Positions 11,983-20,864 of a DNA stretch of 64,000 bases are shown in pieces (position 1 is the stretch's first letter; every line of letters starts with the position of its first letter). The stretch is taken from NCBI GenBank assembly GCA_038255255.1, contig JBBSLL010000007.1:2334-66333 (forward strand). The letters run 5' to 3'. A program made the translations under genes and the position numbers. The notes beneath the pieces were generated by a model that had not been told where the DNA came from, did not search any database, and saw nothing but the letters and a program-made list of their open reading frames with translations. This DNA is from Lysobacterales bacterium (GTDB taxonomy: Bacteria > Pseudomonadota > Gammaproteobacteria > Xanthomonadales > Ahniellaceae).

Positions 11983-13245
11983 TTACGGCGCCTTGGCGAG
12001 CATCGTGCGCAATTCGCGGACCGCTGCGGCGAGCTCCGGATCCTCGTCGCCCGCGTCCGGCGAGGCGCGCGCCAGCGCACCACCCCCCTGCGCGCGCGTG
12101 CGCGCCGTCGCGAGGTCGACGTCGGGCAATACGCCTGCGGATTGCAGCGAACGGTCCTGCGGCGTGAAATAGCGCGCGGTCGTGAGCTTGATGGCGCCAC
12201 CGCCATCGAGCGGCACCACGGTCTGTACCGATCCCTTGCCGAATGTGCGCGTGCCGACGACGCGCGCGCGGCCGTTGTCCTTGAGCGCCGCTGCGATGAG
12301 TTCCGCGGCCGATGCGGTCATGCCGTCGACCAGCACCACGACGGCGGCGCCCTGCGACAGATCGCCCTCGTGCGCATCGAACGTTGCGGCGAGCTCGGGC
12401 AGCCGGCTGCGCGTACGCACGATGCGACCCTTGTCGAGAAAGCTGTCGCTGATGGAGACCGCCGCCGGCAGGACGCCACCGATATTGCCGCGCAGGTCGA
12501 GCACCAGTCCGCGTAGCGGTTGCTTGCCCCGCAGCGCGGCAAGATGCTGCCGGAGTTCCAGCGCGCTGCGCTCGCGGATTTGCTGCCGCATGGCGACCAG
12601 CGCGATGCCCGGCTCGATCCACTCCGAAGCCACGCTCGGCAGGTTCACAGGCGCGCGTTTGATGGATAGCATCAAAGGATCGGCACGGCCCTCGCGGCGC
12701 ACGCCCAGCACGATGGTGCTGTCCTGCGGACCGCGCAACTGGTCGGCGTCGTTGCGATTGGCGCCGACCGGCTTGCCGTCGATGGTTTCGATGACGTCGC
12801 CCGCGAGCACGCCGGCGCGCGAGGCGGGCGAATCTTCCAGCACGGCGAGCACCTGCAGCATGCCGGCGAACGTGACCATCTCTACGCCGATGCCGGCGTA
12901 GCGGCCGCGCATGTTCTCGTCGAACTCGGCCAGCGTTTTCGCGTCGTAGTATTCGCTGTGCGGATCCAGCGCGCGCAGCATGCCGACCGTCGCGGCATGC
13001 AGCAGTCGCTTGCCGTCCACTTCGTCGACGTAGCTTGCGCGGATGCCCGCGTAGACCCGCGCGAATTCGCGTAGCTCGTCGAGCGGAATGGCGTCGACCG
13101 ATGCGGATTTCGCGTTGTCCTGGCCTGCCGGCACGCGGCTGCTCGCCTCAGGCGTCTGCGCCGGAAGCAGCGCGGTAGCCACGCACGAAATCAGGAAGAC
13201 GCACGCACGCAGAACGGAAGGAAGTGAGGGATGCACGGCGCCCAT
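11983..13245 (-). CDS. ctpA: S41 family C-terminal processing peptidase (CtpA/Prc-like)
   Basis: Signal peptide from ATG 13245, a PDZ region (VLEDSPASRAGVLAGDVIETIDG), and S41 motifs NIGGVL, DGMTASAAEL and TFGKGSVQ. The listed 516-aa ORF extends through the upstream hairpin. Confidence 0.92.
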   Translation of the reverse strand: MGAVHPSLPSVLRACVFLISCVATALLPAQTPEASSRVPAGQDNAKSASVDAIPLDELREFARVYAGIRASYVDEVDGKRLLHAATVGMLRALDPHSEYYDAKTLAEFDENMRGRYAGIGVEMVTFAGMLQVLAVLEDSPASRAGVLAGDVIETIDGKPVGANRNDADQLRGPQDSTIVLGVRREGRADPLMLSIKRAPVNLPSVASEWIEPGIALVAMRQQIRERSALELRQHLAALRGKQPLRGLVLDLRGNIGGVLPAAVSISDSFLDKGRIVRTRSRLPELAATFDAHEGDLSQGAAVVVLVDGMTASAAELIAAALKDNGRARVVGTRTFGKGSVQTVVPLDGGGAIKLTTARYFTPQDRSLQSAGVLPDVDLATARTRAQGGGALARASPDAGDEDPELAAAVRELRTMLAKAP

Positions 13246-13250
13246 GCTAC

Positions 13251-13332
13251 CCGGCGGCGGGAGGCGATATCGCCTTGCCGCAGGATAAAGGGCTGCACCC
13301 GGAGGCAAGGCGGTATCGCCTCCCGCCGCCGG
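13251..13332. repeat. Long inverted repeat (29-bp stem, one mismatch, 24-nt loop) filling the envC-ctpA spacer
   Basis: Left arm ccggcggcgggaggcgatatcgccttgcc (13251-13279); right arm ggcaaggcggtatcgcctcccgccgccgg (13304-13332). Confidence 0.9.
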
Positions 13333-13336
13333 CCCA

Positions 13337-14548
13337 TCAGCGCGCCCGCCGCGACAGCCACTGCGCCGGATTCTGCGGCTGTCCGTTGCGACGCAGCTCG
13401 AAGTAGACGCCGGTCTCCGAGCGACCTCCGCTGGCACCCGCAGTGGCCAGCGCCTCGCCGCGCGTGACCCAGTCACCCACGTCTTTGAGCAGCGCCTCGT
13501 TGTGCGCGTAAAGCGTGATGAACCCATCACCATGATCGACGATGAGGACCAGCCCGTAGCCCTTTAGCCAGTCCGCGTACGCCACGCGTCCGTGCGCGAC
13601 CGCGCCGATCTCGCTGCCCGCAGGCGCAGCGATCAATACCCCGGCGCGCGCCTCGCCTGCACCGGTCGCCGTCCCGAATGCGCTCAGCACTTTGCCGGGC
13701 GCGGGCCACGGCAGCTTGCCCTTGAGCGTGGTGAGCGGTTGCGCATCGTCGAGCATCTTCGGGATGTCCGCGATCGCGTCGGCGAGGCGCTTGAGCAGCT
13801 CGACGAGCTGGCGCTCGTCGCTGCGCAGCGCAAGCAGGCGCGCTGCCCGCTGGCCCTGCGCGGAGGCAATGTTGTCCAGCACGCGCTGGCGCGCGCCGCG
13901 CGCGCGGGTGCGCGCCTGCACCGCGGCGCCCTGCTTGAGGGACGCAACGGTCCACCGCTCGCGGTTCGCCAGCATCGAGCGCCGCACGCCGGCGAGCGTG
14001 GCGAGATCGCGCGCCACGGCGCGCAGCCGGGCGCTGCGATCGCGTTCGATCACGCGGTGGTAGGCGAGCAGCCGCGCCATGCCGGCGCCTTGCTCGAAGC
14101 CGAGCACCAGCTTCAGGTCCTGGTGGCGTCCGAGCGCATGCGCCGAACGGAGCAGCGCGCCAATGACTTCGCGCTGCGCAGCAAGGCGCTGCTCGAGCGA
14201 CGTGCGCTGTCGCGTGAGCGATTCAAGCTCGCGGTCGAGCATCGCGAGGCGCTGTGCGACCTCGTGGGCCTGCCGCGAAGCGGTCGCGAGATCAACGTCC
14301 GCCGCGTGCATCGCACGTTGCGCCTCGGCCTGCGCGCCGCGCCCCGTTTCCTGCGCCGCCGTCAGGGCCTGCTGGGCCGCACGCACTGTCTCGAGCGCCT
14401 GCCGCGCCTGGGCTTCGTCCTTTGCGCGCTGCGCGGGCGCTACCGCTGCGGTCGCCGGTGACGATTCCACGGGCGCGTCGATCGCCGGAACCTGAGCCGG
14501 CGACGCCAGCGCCCCCGCAAGAACGACCGCGACCGCCAGACCGATCAC
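13337..14548 (-). CDS. envC: Murein hydrolase activator EnvC-like (coiled-coil plus degenerate M23/LytM domain)
   Basis: GTG 14548 overlaps the gpmI stop (GTGA). Signal/TM segment VIGLAVAVVLAGALA, a long Ala/Gln/Arg coiled coil, and a C-terminal M23 fold (VDHGDGFITLYAHN). The HxH motif is replaced (GVYFELR instead of HLHFE), as in non-catalytic EnvC. Confidence 0.85.
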   Translation of the reverse strand: MIGLAVAVVLAGALASPAQVPAIDAPVESSPATAAVAPAQRAKDEAQARQALETVRAAQQALTAAQETGRGAQAEAQRAMHAADVDLATASRQAHEVAQRLAMLDRELESLTRQRTSLEQRLAAQREVIGALLRSAHALGRHQDLKLVLGFEQGAGMARLLAYHRVIERDRSARLRAVARDLATLAGVRRSMLANRERWTVASLKQGAAVQARTRARGARQRVLDNIASAQGQRAARLLALRSDERQLVELLKRLADAIADIPKMLDDAQPLTTLKGKLPWPAPGKVLSAFGTATGAGEARAGVLIAAPAGSEIGAVAHGRVAYADWLKGYGLVLIVDHGDGFITLYAHNEALLKDVGDWVTRGEALATAGASGGRSETGVYFELRRNGQPQNPAQWLSRRAR

Positions 14549-16170
14549 GCGCGCACGAGCAGGGATTCGCCGCGCATCTCCGCGGGCGCAGCAAGCCCCA
14601 TGAGGTCGAGGAGGGTCGGCGCGAGATCGCTGAGCGCGCCACCGTCGCGCAGTCGACCATTCGCACCGCACAACACCAGCGGCACCGGGCCGACCGTGTG
14701 CTGGGTGTGCGGCTCGCCGTTTTCGTCCTGCATCAGTTCGAGGTTGCCGTGGTCGGCCGTGACCAGCATCGCGCCACCCACTTCGGCCAGTGCGCTGCGC
14801 ACAGCGCCCAGCGCCACGTCGACGGCCTCCGCGGCCTTGATGGCCGCTTCGAAGATGCCCGTGTGCCCCACCATGTCGGGATTGGCGAGGTTGCAGACGA
14901 TGAGGTCGAAGCTGCGCGCGCGAATCGCCGCGCACAGCCGCGCGGTGACTTCCGGGCAACTCATCTCGGGCTGCAGGTCGTAAGTCGCGACATGGGGGCT
15001 CGGCACCAGGATGCGCTCCTCGCCTTCGAAAGGCGCTTCCCTCCCGCCGTTGAAAAAGAACGTGACGTGTCCGTACTTCTCGGTCTCTGCGATGCGCAAC
15101 TGGGTCAGGCCCTGCGCAGCGACGAACTCGCCCAGCGTGTTGGAGAGCGCGTCGGTCTCGAACGCGACGGCGCTCACCGGAAGGTCGTCGGCATAGTGAG
15201 TCAGGCTGACGAACGCGCCTAGGGCGGGTCTCGACCCGCCGCCATCACCAGGTCTCGACCCGCCGCAATCACCAGGACTCGACCCGCCGCGATCGGCAGC
15301 TCTCGACCCGCCGCGATCAAATCCCCCAAAGCTCTCGCATACGAAGGCGGCCGTCAGTTCACGCGCCCGATCCGCGCGGAAATTCATGAACACCACGGCG
15401 TCGCCGTCGCGTATCGGCTCGTGTCCATCGATCACCGTGGGCTGCACGAACTCGTCGGTTTCGCCGCGCGCATAGGCGTTGCCCAATGCGGTCGCGGCAT
15501 CGGGTGCATGCAGCGGCGAATCGGCATCCGCGATGGCGCGCCACGCGCGCTCGACGCGATCCCAGCGCTTGTCGCGATCCATGGCGTAGTAGCGGCCCGA
15601 CACCGTGGCGATGCGCGCACCGGGAATCGACGCGATGCGGGTCGCCAGTCGCTCGATGCTTGCAGGCGCGCTTTGCGGGGGCATGTCGCGGCCATCCAGC
15701 ATCGCGTGCACCGCGATCGATGGCACGCCGGCACCCGCGGCCAGATCGAGCAGCGCGAGGATGTGATCCTCGTGGCTGTGCACGCCGCCCGGCGACACCA
15801 GGCCCATCACGTGCAGGGTGGCACCCGGTGCTTGCGCAACCTCGATCGCACCGCGCAATGCGGCATTGTCGAAAAAGCTGCGGTCACGGATCGCCTGGTC
15901 GATGCGCGTCAGTTCCTGATACACGACGCGCCCCGCCCCGATGTTCATGTGGCCGACTTCGGAATTGCCCATCTGGCCTTCCGGCAGGCCCACCCGCAGC
16001 CCGTGCGTGGCGATCAGCGTGTGCGGGCACTCGGCCAGCAGGCGGCGCCAGTTCGGGCATTCGGCGTGCGCGATGGCGTTCCAGTCGCGCTCGGCGCGCG
16101 CGCCCCAGCCATCCAGGATGAGCAGGAGCATGGGCCGCGGCGGGGCGGCTCGTGGGTTCGGTGGATCCAT
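14545..16170 (-). CDS. gpmI: 2,3-bisphosphoglycerate-independent phosphoglycerate mutase
   Basis: Motifs LLILDGWG, MGNSEVGHMNIGAGR and TADHGN. Contains an in-frame repeat insertion (see 15229-15324). Confidence 0.95.
   Translation of the reverse strand: MDPPNPRAAPPRPMLLLILDGWGARAERDWNAIAHAECPNWRRLLAECPHTLIATHGLRVGLPEGQMGNSEVGHMNIGAGRVVYQELTRIDQAIRDRSFFDNAALRGAIEVAQAPGATLHVMGLVSPGGVHSHEDHILALLDLAAGAGVPSIAVHAMLDGRDMPPQSAPASIERLATRIASIPGARIATVSGRYYAMDRDKRWDRVERAWRAIADADSPLHAPDAATALGNAYARGETDEFVQPTVIDGHEPIRDGDAVVFMNFRADRARELTAAFVCESFGGFDRGGSRAADRGGSSPGDCGGSRPGDGGGSRPALGAFVSLTHYADDLPVSAVAFETDALSNTLGEFVAAQGLTQLRIAETEKYGHVTFFFNGGREAPFEGEERILVPSPHVATYDLQPEMSCPEVTARLCAAIRARSFDLIVCNLANPDMVGHTGIFEAAIKAAEAVDVALGAVRSALAEVGGAMLVTADHGNLELMQDENGEPHTQHTVGPVPLVLCGANGRLRDGGALSDLAPTLLDLMGLAAPAEMRGESLLVRA
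15229..15324. repeat. Four tandem copies of an imperfect 24-bp unit inside gpmI
   Basis: Units are tctcgacccgccgccatcaccagg / tctcgacccgccgcaatcaccagg / actcgacccgccgcgatcggcagc / tctcgacccgccgcgatcaaatcc. On the coding strand this encodes the GGSR-rich segment DRGGSRAADRGGSSPGDCGGSRPGDGGGSRP. Confidence 0.9.
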
Positions 16171-16269
16171 GGGCCCATGCTAGCGGATGGCCCTGGTACA
16201 GCCGGTTCAAACCTTCGCCGGAAAGCGCGCATCTCACCCCGTGCATTCAACAACCAGAGCGGGAATTCC

Positions 16270-16941
16270 ATGAGTCGCATCGCATTTGCAGCATCACTGT
16301 TGTTCCTCGCCAGCAGCGCGTCCTTTGCGCGCGACTACGGCGACGTCGACAAGGTCAACGGCGGCATTTCCATTGAGGCGGGTTCCACGGCCGGCACGCT
16401 CGAAACGGTCAATGGCGGCATCAAGGTCGGCGACAACTCGAGCGCGCGGGCGCTGGAGACCGTCAACGGCGGCATCAAGGTCGGGGCCAATGCCCAGATC
16501 GGATCCATCGAAACGGTCAACGGCGGCATCGCCATCGGGCGCCGCAGCAAGGTGGCCGGCGACGTCGAGGCGGTCAACGGTGGCGTGCGTCTCGAGGCAG
16601 GCGCTGAAGTGGGCGGCCGCGTCGAGAACGTCAACGGCGGCGTGAAAGCGGTCGGGTCGCGCATCGGCGGCGGCATCAAGACCGTCAACGGCGACATCGT
16701 GCTGGACCAGGGCACGCAGGTCAGGGGCGGCGTGCACGTCGAGAAGCCGAGCGGTTGGGGCAACCTGATCCAGTTCGGCGATTCGAAGCCGCCGCGCGTG
16801 GTCGTGGGCCGCAACTCCATCGTCGAAGGCGAACTCAGGTTCGATCGCGAGGTTCGCCTGTACGTGCACCAGACCGCGCGCATCGGCCGGGTCACTGGTG
16901 CGACCGCCACGCGTTACAACACGGACGAAGCGCCGCGCTGA
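16270..16941 (+). CDS. Secreted beta-helix-like repeat protein (seven ~19-aa VNGG repeats)
   Basis: ATG 16270 and signal peptide MSRIAFAASLLFLASSASFA. Seven repeats of the (E/K)xVNGG(I/V)xh motif. The listed ORF from 15421 runs antisense through gpmI. Confidence 0.75.
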   Translation: MSRIAFAASLLFLASSASFARDYGDVDKVNGGISIEAGSTAGTLETVNGGIKVGDNSSARALETVNGGIKVGANAQIGSIETVNGGIAIGRRSKVAGDVEAVNGGVRLEAGAEVGGRVENVNGGVKAVGSRIGGGIKTVNGDIVLDQGTQVRGGVHVEKPSGWGNLIQFGDSKPPRVVVGRNSIVEGELRFDREVRLYVHQTARIGRVTGATATRYNTDEAPR

Positions 16942-16946
16942 CGTGC

Positions 16947-16987
16947 ATTCCGGAGAGCCTTGCCGCATGACGGCTCGGCTCTCCGGA
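16947..16987 (+). terminator. Possible terminator hairpin after the VNGG-repeat gene
   Basis: 12-bp stem ttccggagagcc / ggctctccggaa starting 6 nt after the stop. No U-run follows. Confidence 0.4.
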
Positions 16988-17137
16988 ACTCTGCAAACCG
17001 CTGCGCGTATCCGGCGGGCGTAACCAGGAATGGCGTTGTGAACACAAGGCCCACGGTGCTGCGGGCACTAACGAAACACTAACGTGGGTAGTTGCGCGGA
17101 CACCTATGATGCGGGGCTTTGTGTCCCGGAGAATCCC

Positions 17138-18844
17138 ATGCGGCGCCTGATGATCGTTCCACTCCTGCTTGCCATGGCCGCCTGCAACCGCGAGCAGCCC
17201 GCGTCTGCGACGCGTGTCGCCACAACACCGAAACCCGCGCCCGCTTCGCTACACAAATTCTCTGCGGCGATCGATGCCACCGACTTCGCCGCGCACGTGC
17301 GCACGCTGTCTTCGGACGAATTCGAGGGCCGCGCGCCGGGGTCGATCGGCGAGCAAATGACCACAACGTATCTCAAGGACCAGTTCGAGCGCCTCGGTCT
17401 CGCCCCCGGCAACAACGGCAGCTATTTCCAGCGCGTGCAGATGGTCGAGACCACCGCCCAGCCTGATTCGACGATCAGCTTCGACGTGGGTGGGTCGAAG
17501 CAGAAGCTGGCGATCGGCACCGACGCGGTGCTGGGAACGCGCACCGCGCAAGGCAAGGTTTCGGTTTCGGCCAGCGAGCTTGTGTTCGTCGGCTACGGCG
17601 TCAACGCGCCGGAGGCCGGCTGGAACGACTACGAGGGCCTCGACGTCAAGGGCAAGACCGTGGTCATGCTGATCAACGATCCGGGTTTCCTGCGCGGTGA
17701 TCCCGAATTGTTCAAGGGTCGGGCGATGACCTACTACGGCCGCTGGACCTACAAGTTCGAGGAAGCGGCGCGCCAGGGTGCGTCCGGTGCGCTCATCGTG
17801 CACGACACCGGGCCGGCCTCCTACGGTTGGGACGTCGTCAAGACTTCCGGGTCGGGCCCGCAGTTCGACCTGACGCCCACTGACGATCCCGAGCCGCGGC
17901 TGCAATTCCAGGGCTGGCTGTCCGACGCCGCGGCCACTGAGCTGTTCAAGGCGTCCGGCAAGGATCTCGCGGTACTAAAGCTGATGGCGGACACGCGCGG
18001 ATTCGATGCGGTGCCGCTCGGAGCGACCGTGGACGTCGCGCTCAACAGCAGCATTGCATTCAAGGGCAGCGAGAACGTGGTCGCGGTCCTGCCGGGCGCA
18101 ACGAAGGCCAGCGAAGCGGTGCTGTACATGGCTCACTGGGATCATCTCGGCAAGCATGCCGACCAGCCCGGCGACAACATCTACAACGGCGCCATCGACA
18201 ACGCGACCGGCGTGGCCGGCGTGCTCGAGATCGCGGAGGCGTTCGTCGCGCAGCAACCGGCGCCGGCGCGCTCGGTGATCTTCCTCCTGCCGACGCTCGA
18301 GGAATCAGGCCTGCTCGGATCGCGCTACTTCGTCGCGCACCCGACCATGCCGCTCGCGGGTATCAAGGCGGTCATCAACATGGACTCGATGCAAGCAGGC
18401 GGGCGCACCGCCAACGTCGTGGTGGTAGGCCACGGGCAATCCAACCTCGAGGACGCGCTGGCCGAAGCCCTCACGCTGCAGCAGCGCGTGATCTCGCCGG
18501 AGGCCACGCCGGAGAAAGGGTCCTACTTCCGCTCCGATCATTTCAATTTCGCACGGCGCGGCGTGCCGGCGCTCTACGCCAACAGCGGCAACGACCTGCG
18601 CGAAGGCGGCCCGGGCGCGGGGGACGTGGCGGCGCAGGACTACACCGACAACCGGTATCACAAGCCTGGCGACGAATTCGACGCCAAGTGGACGTTCGAG
18701 GGAACGATGGAGGACCTGCAAGCGCTCTACGAGGTCGGCAGGCGCGTGGCTGCCGGCGAATTCGAGCCCGAGTGGCGCGCCGACAGCGAGTTCAAGGCCG
18801 GCGGCGACGCGCTGCGCGCGCAAGCGCCCGCCACCACCCCGTGA
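17138..18844 (+). CDS. M28 family aminopeptidase with PA domain (lipoprotein)
   Basis: ATG 17138 and lipobox LLAMAAC. M28 metal-ligand contexts HWDHLG, DNATGVAG, EESGLLGS and SDH. Confidence 0.9.
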   Translation: MRRLMIVPLLLAMAACNREQPASATRVATTPKPAPASLHKFSAAIDATDFAAHVRTLSSDEFEGRAPGSIGEQMTTTYLKDQFERLGLAPGNNGSYFQRVQMVETTAQPDSTISFDVGGSKQKLAIGTDAVLGTRTAQGKVSVSASELVFVGYGVNAPEAGWNDYEGLDVKGKTVVMLINDPGFLRGDPELFKGRAMTYYGRWTYKFEEAARQGASGALIVHDTGPASYGWDVVKTSGSGPQFDLTPTDDPEPRLQFQGWLSDAAATELFKASGKDLAVLKLMADTRGFDAVPLGATVDVALNSSIAFKGSENVVAVLPGATKASEAVLYMAHWDHLGKHADQPGDNIYNGAIDNATGVAGVLEIAEAFVAQQPAPARSVIFLLPTLEESGLLGSRYFVAHPTMPLAGIKAVINMDSMQAGGRTANVVVVGHGQSNLEDALAEALTLQQRVISPEATPEKGSYFRSDHFNFARRGVPALYANSGNDLREGGPGAGDVAAQDYTDNRYHKPGDEFDAKWTFEGTMEDLQALYEVGRRVAAGEFEPEWRADSEFKAGGDALRAQAPATTP

Positions 18845-18868
18845 GGCGGCACCTGTAGGAGATCCAGG

Positions 18869-20632
18869 TCAGGTGTGGAATTGCAGGCGGGCGAGTTCGG
18901 CGTAGAGGCCCGCTTGCGCGATAAGTTCTGCGTGCGTGCCGATGGCAACGATGCGGCCGTGGTCGAGCACCACGATTCGATCCGCTTTCAATACCGTGGC
19001 GAGCCGATGCGCAATGACCAGCGTGGTGCGCCCCTCCATCGCGTGTTCCAGCGCGAGCTGGATGGCGCGCTCCGAGTGCGCGTCGAGTGCGCTGGTGGCC
19101 TCATCCAGCAGCAGGATCGGCGCATCCTTGAGCAACGCGCGCGCGATGGCGACGCGCTGACGCTGCCCACCCGACAGGCGCGCGCCGTGCTCACCCAGGA
19201 AGGACTGGTAACCCTGCGGCAATCGCGAAAGGAATTCGTGCGCCTCGGCCTGCCGCGCCGCGTGTTCCACCGCGGCATCGTCGGCCTCGAGCCGCCCGTA
19301 GCGGATGTTGTCGAGCGCGTCGGCGCCGAAGATCACCGGATCCTGCGGCACCAGCGCGAGCTGGGCACGCAACGCGACGGGATCCACCTCGCGCAGGTCG
19401 ATGCCGTCGACGCGAATGGCGCCGGACTGCGGATCGAACATGCGCAGCAGCAAGCCGAGCACCGTGCTTTTGCCCGCGCCGCTCGGACCGACCAGTGCGA
19501 TGGTCTCGCCCGGTTCGACGCGCAGCGAGAACTGCTCGATCGCCGCACTGTCCGGCCGCGACGGATAGCGGAATGTCACGTCGTCGAACTCGATGGCGCC
19601 AGACAATCGCGGAGGCAATGCGCGCGGCGCCGCGGGCGCCGCGATCGCCGGCTGCTCGTCGAGCAGCTGCTGCAGGCGTGCCATGCCGCCCGCAGCGCGC
19701 TGCACTTCGCTCCAGACTTCGGTGAGTGCGCCGACCGAGCCTGCGCCGATCATCGCGTACAACACGAACTGGCCAAGCACGCCCGGCGTCATGTCGCCCG
19801 CGATCACGTCGCGCGCGCCGCTCCAGAGCACGGCGGTGATCGCGCCGAACACCAGCACGATGACCACTGCGGTCAGCAAAGCCTGCAGTCGCACGCGTGC
19901 GCGCGCTGCGCCGAAGGCGCGGGTGACGGCATCGGCGAAGCGCGTGCTCTCGAACGACTCGCGCGCAAAGGACTTCACCGTCGCCATCGCATTGAGTGTT
20001 TCGCCCGCACGCGCCTGCGCGTCGGCGATGCGATCCTGGCTGACCTTCGAGCGGGTCTGCACCCGCCGCCCGAACAGCACGATCGGCAGGACGATGAGCG
20101 GGATGCCGATGGCCGCGAGCCCGGCAAGGCGCGGACTGGTCAGCGTCAGCGCCACGGCGCAACCGATCAGGATCACCACGCTGCGCAGCGCGACCGATGC
20201 CGAGGATGCGACGACGGTGCGCAGCAGTTCCGTATCCGCCGACAGGCGCGACAGCAGCTCGCCGCTGCGCGTGGTTTCGAAGAACGAAAGGTCGAGGCGC
20301 ATGAGGTGCGAGTACACACGCGCGCGCAGGTCCGCCACCACGCGCTCGCCCAGCAGGCTCACGAAGTAGAAGCGCGCCGCAGTGGCGAGCGCGAGCACCA
20401 CCGCAACCCCGAGCAGACCGATGAACCAGCGGTCGATTTCGTCTGCAGCCTCGCCGCTGAAGCCGCGGTCGATGACGTAGCGCACTGCGACCGGCAGCGC
20501 CAACGTGGCTGACGACGACATCACCAGGGCACCAAGCCATGCGGCGATCAGGCCCGGATAGGCACGCAGGTAGCCGGACAATGCGCGCAGCGAAGTGAGG
20601 GCAACACGCGGTGCTTTGTCGGGCTCAGTCAT
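18869..20632 (-). CDS. ABC transporter, fused permease/ATP-binding protein (ABCB/MsbA-like exporter)
   Basis: Six-TM N-domain, Walker A GPSGAGKST, signature LSGGQRQRVAIARA and Walker B ILLLDEATSALD. Confidence 0.93.
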   Translation of the reverse strand: MTEPDKAPRVALTSLRALSGYLRAYPGLIAAWLGALVMSSSATLALPVAVRYVIDRGFSGEAADEIDRWFIGLLGVAVVLALATAARFYFVSLLGERVVADLRARVYSHLMRLDLSFFETTRSGELLSRLSADTELLRTVVASSASVALRSVVILIGCAVALTLTSPRLAGLAAIGIPLIVLPIVLFGRRVQTRSKVSQDRIADAQARAGETLNAMATVKSFARESFESTRFADAVTRAFGAARARVRLQALLTAVVIVLVFGAITAVLWSGARDVIAGDMTPGVLGQFVLYAMIGAGSVGALTEVWSEVQRAAGGMARLQQLLDEQPAIAAPAAPRALPPRLSGAIEFDDVTFRYPSRPDSAAIEQFSLRVEPGETIALVGPSGAGKSTVLGLLLRMFDPQSGAIRVDGIDLREVDPVALRAQLALVPQDPVIFGADALDNIRYGRLEADDAAVEHAARQAEAHEFLSRLPQGYQSFLGEHGARLSGGQRQRVAIARALLKDAPILLLDEATSALDAHSERAIQLALEHAMEGRTTLVIAHRLATVLKADRIVVLDHGRIVAIGTHAELIAQAGLYAELARLQFHT

Positions 20633-20655
20633 TGCGTTCTTCTATTTCTTCTCCT

Positions 20656-20699
20656 TCTCCCCGCGTGCGGGGAGAAGGTGCCGAAGGCGGATGAGGGGC
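20656..20699. repeat. Family-C repeat, short inverted copy
   Basis: tctccccgcgtgcggggagaaggtgccgaaggcggatgagggg contains the hairpin ctcccc-gcgtgc-ggggag. Its reverse complement resembles the 5' part of the long family-C copies. Confidence 0.7.
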
Positions 20700-20725
20700 G
20701 GCTTCAAACCATATCGCAACCCATT

Positions 20726-20853
20726 GCCCCTCACCCGCCCTGCGGGCACCCCACTCCGCGCCCCGGCCCAAGCGTTCCGCTTGTGCGTTCGTGGGGTGCG
20801 CAAGCCATGGCTTGCAAGCGCACCCACTCACCCCCGTTTCACGGGGAGAGGGA
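20726..20853. repeat. Family-C MITE-like intergenic element (~128 bp)
   Basis: Starts gcccctcaccc and ends ctcacccccgtttcacggggagagggaag, with a central perfect palindrome gcaagccatggcttgc. Collinear with 28482-28602. Confidence 0.8.
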
Positions 20854-20864
20854 AGAATTCGCGC

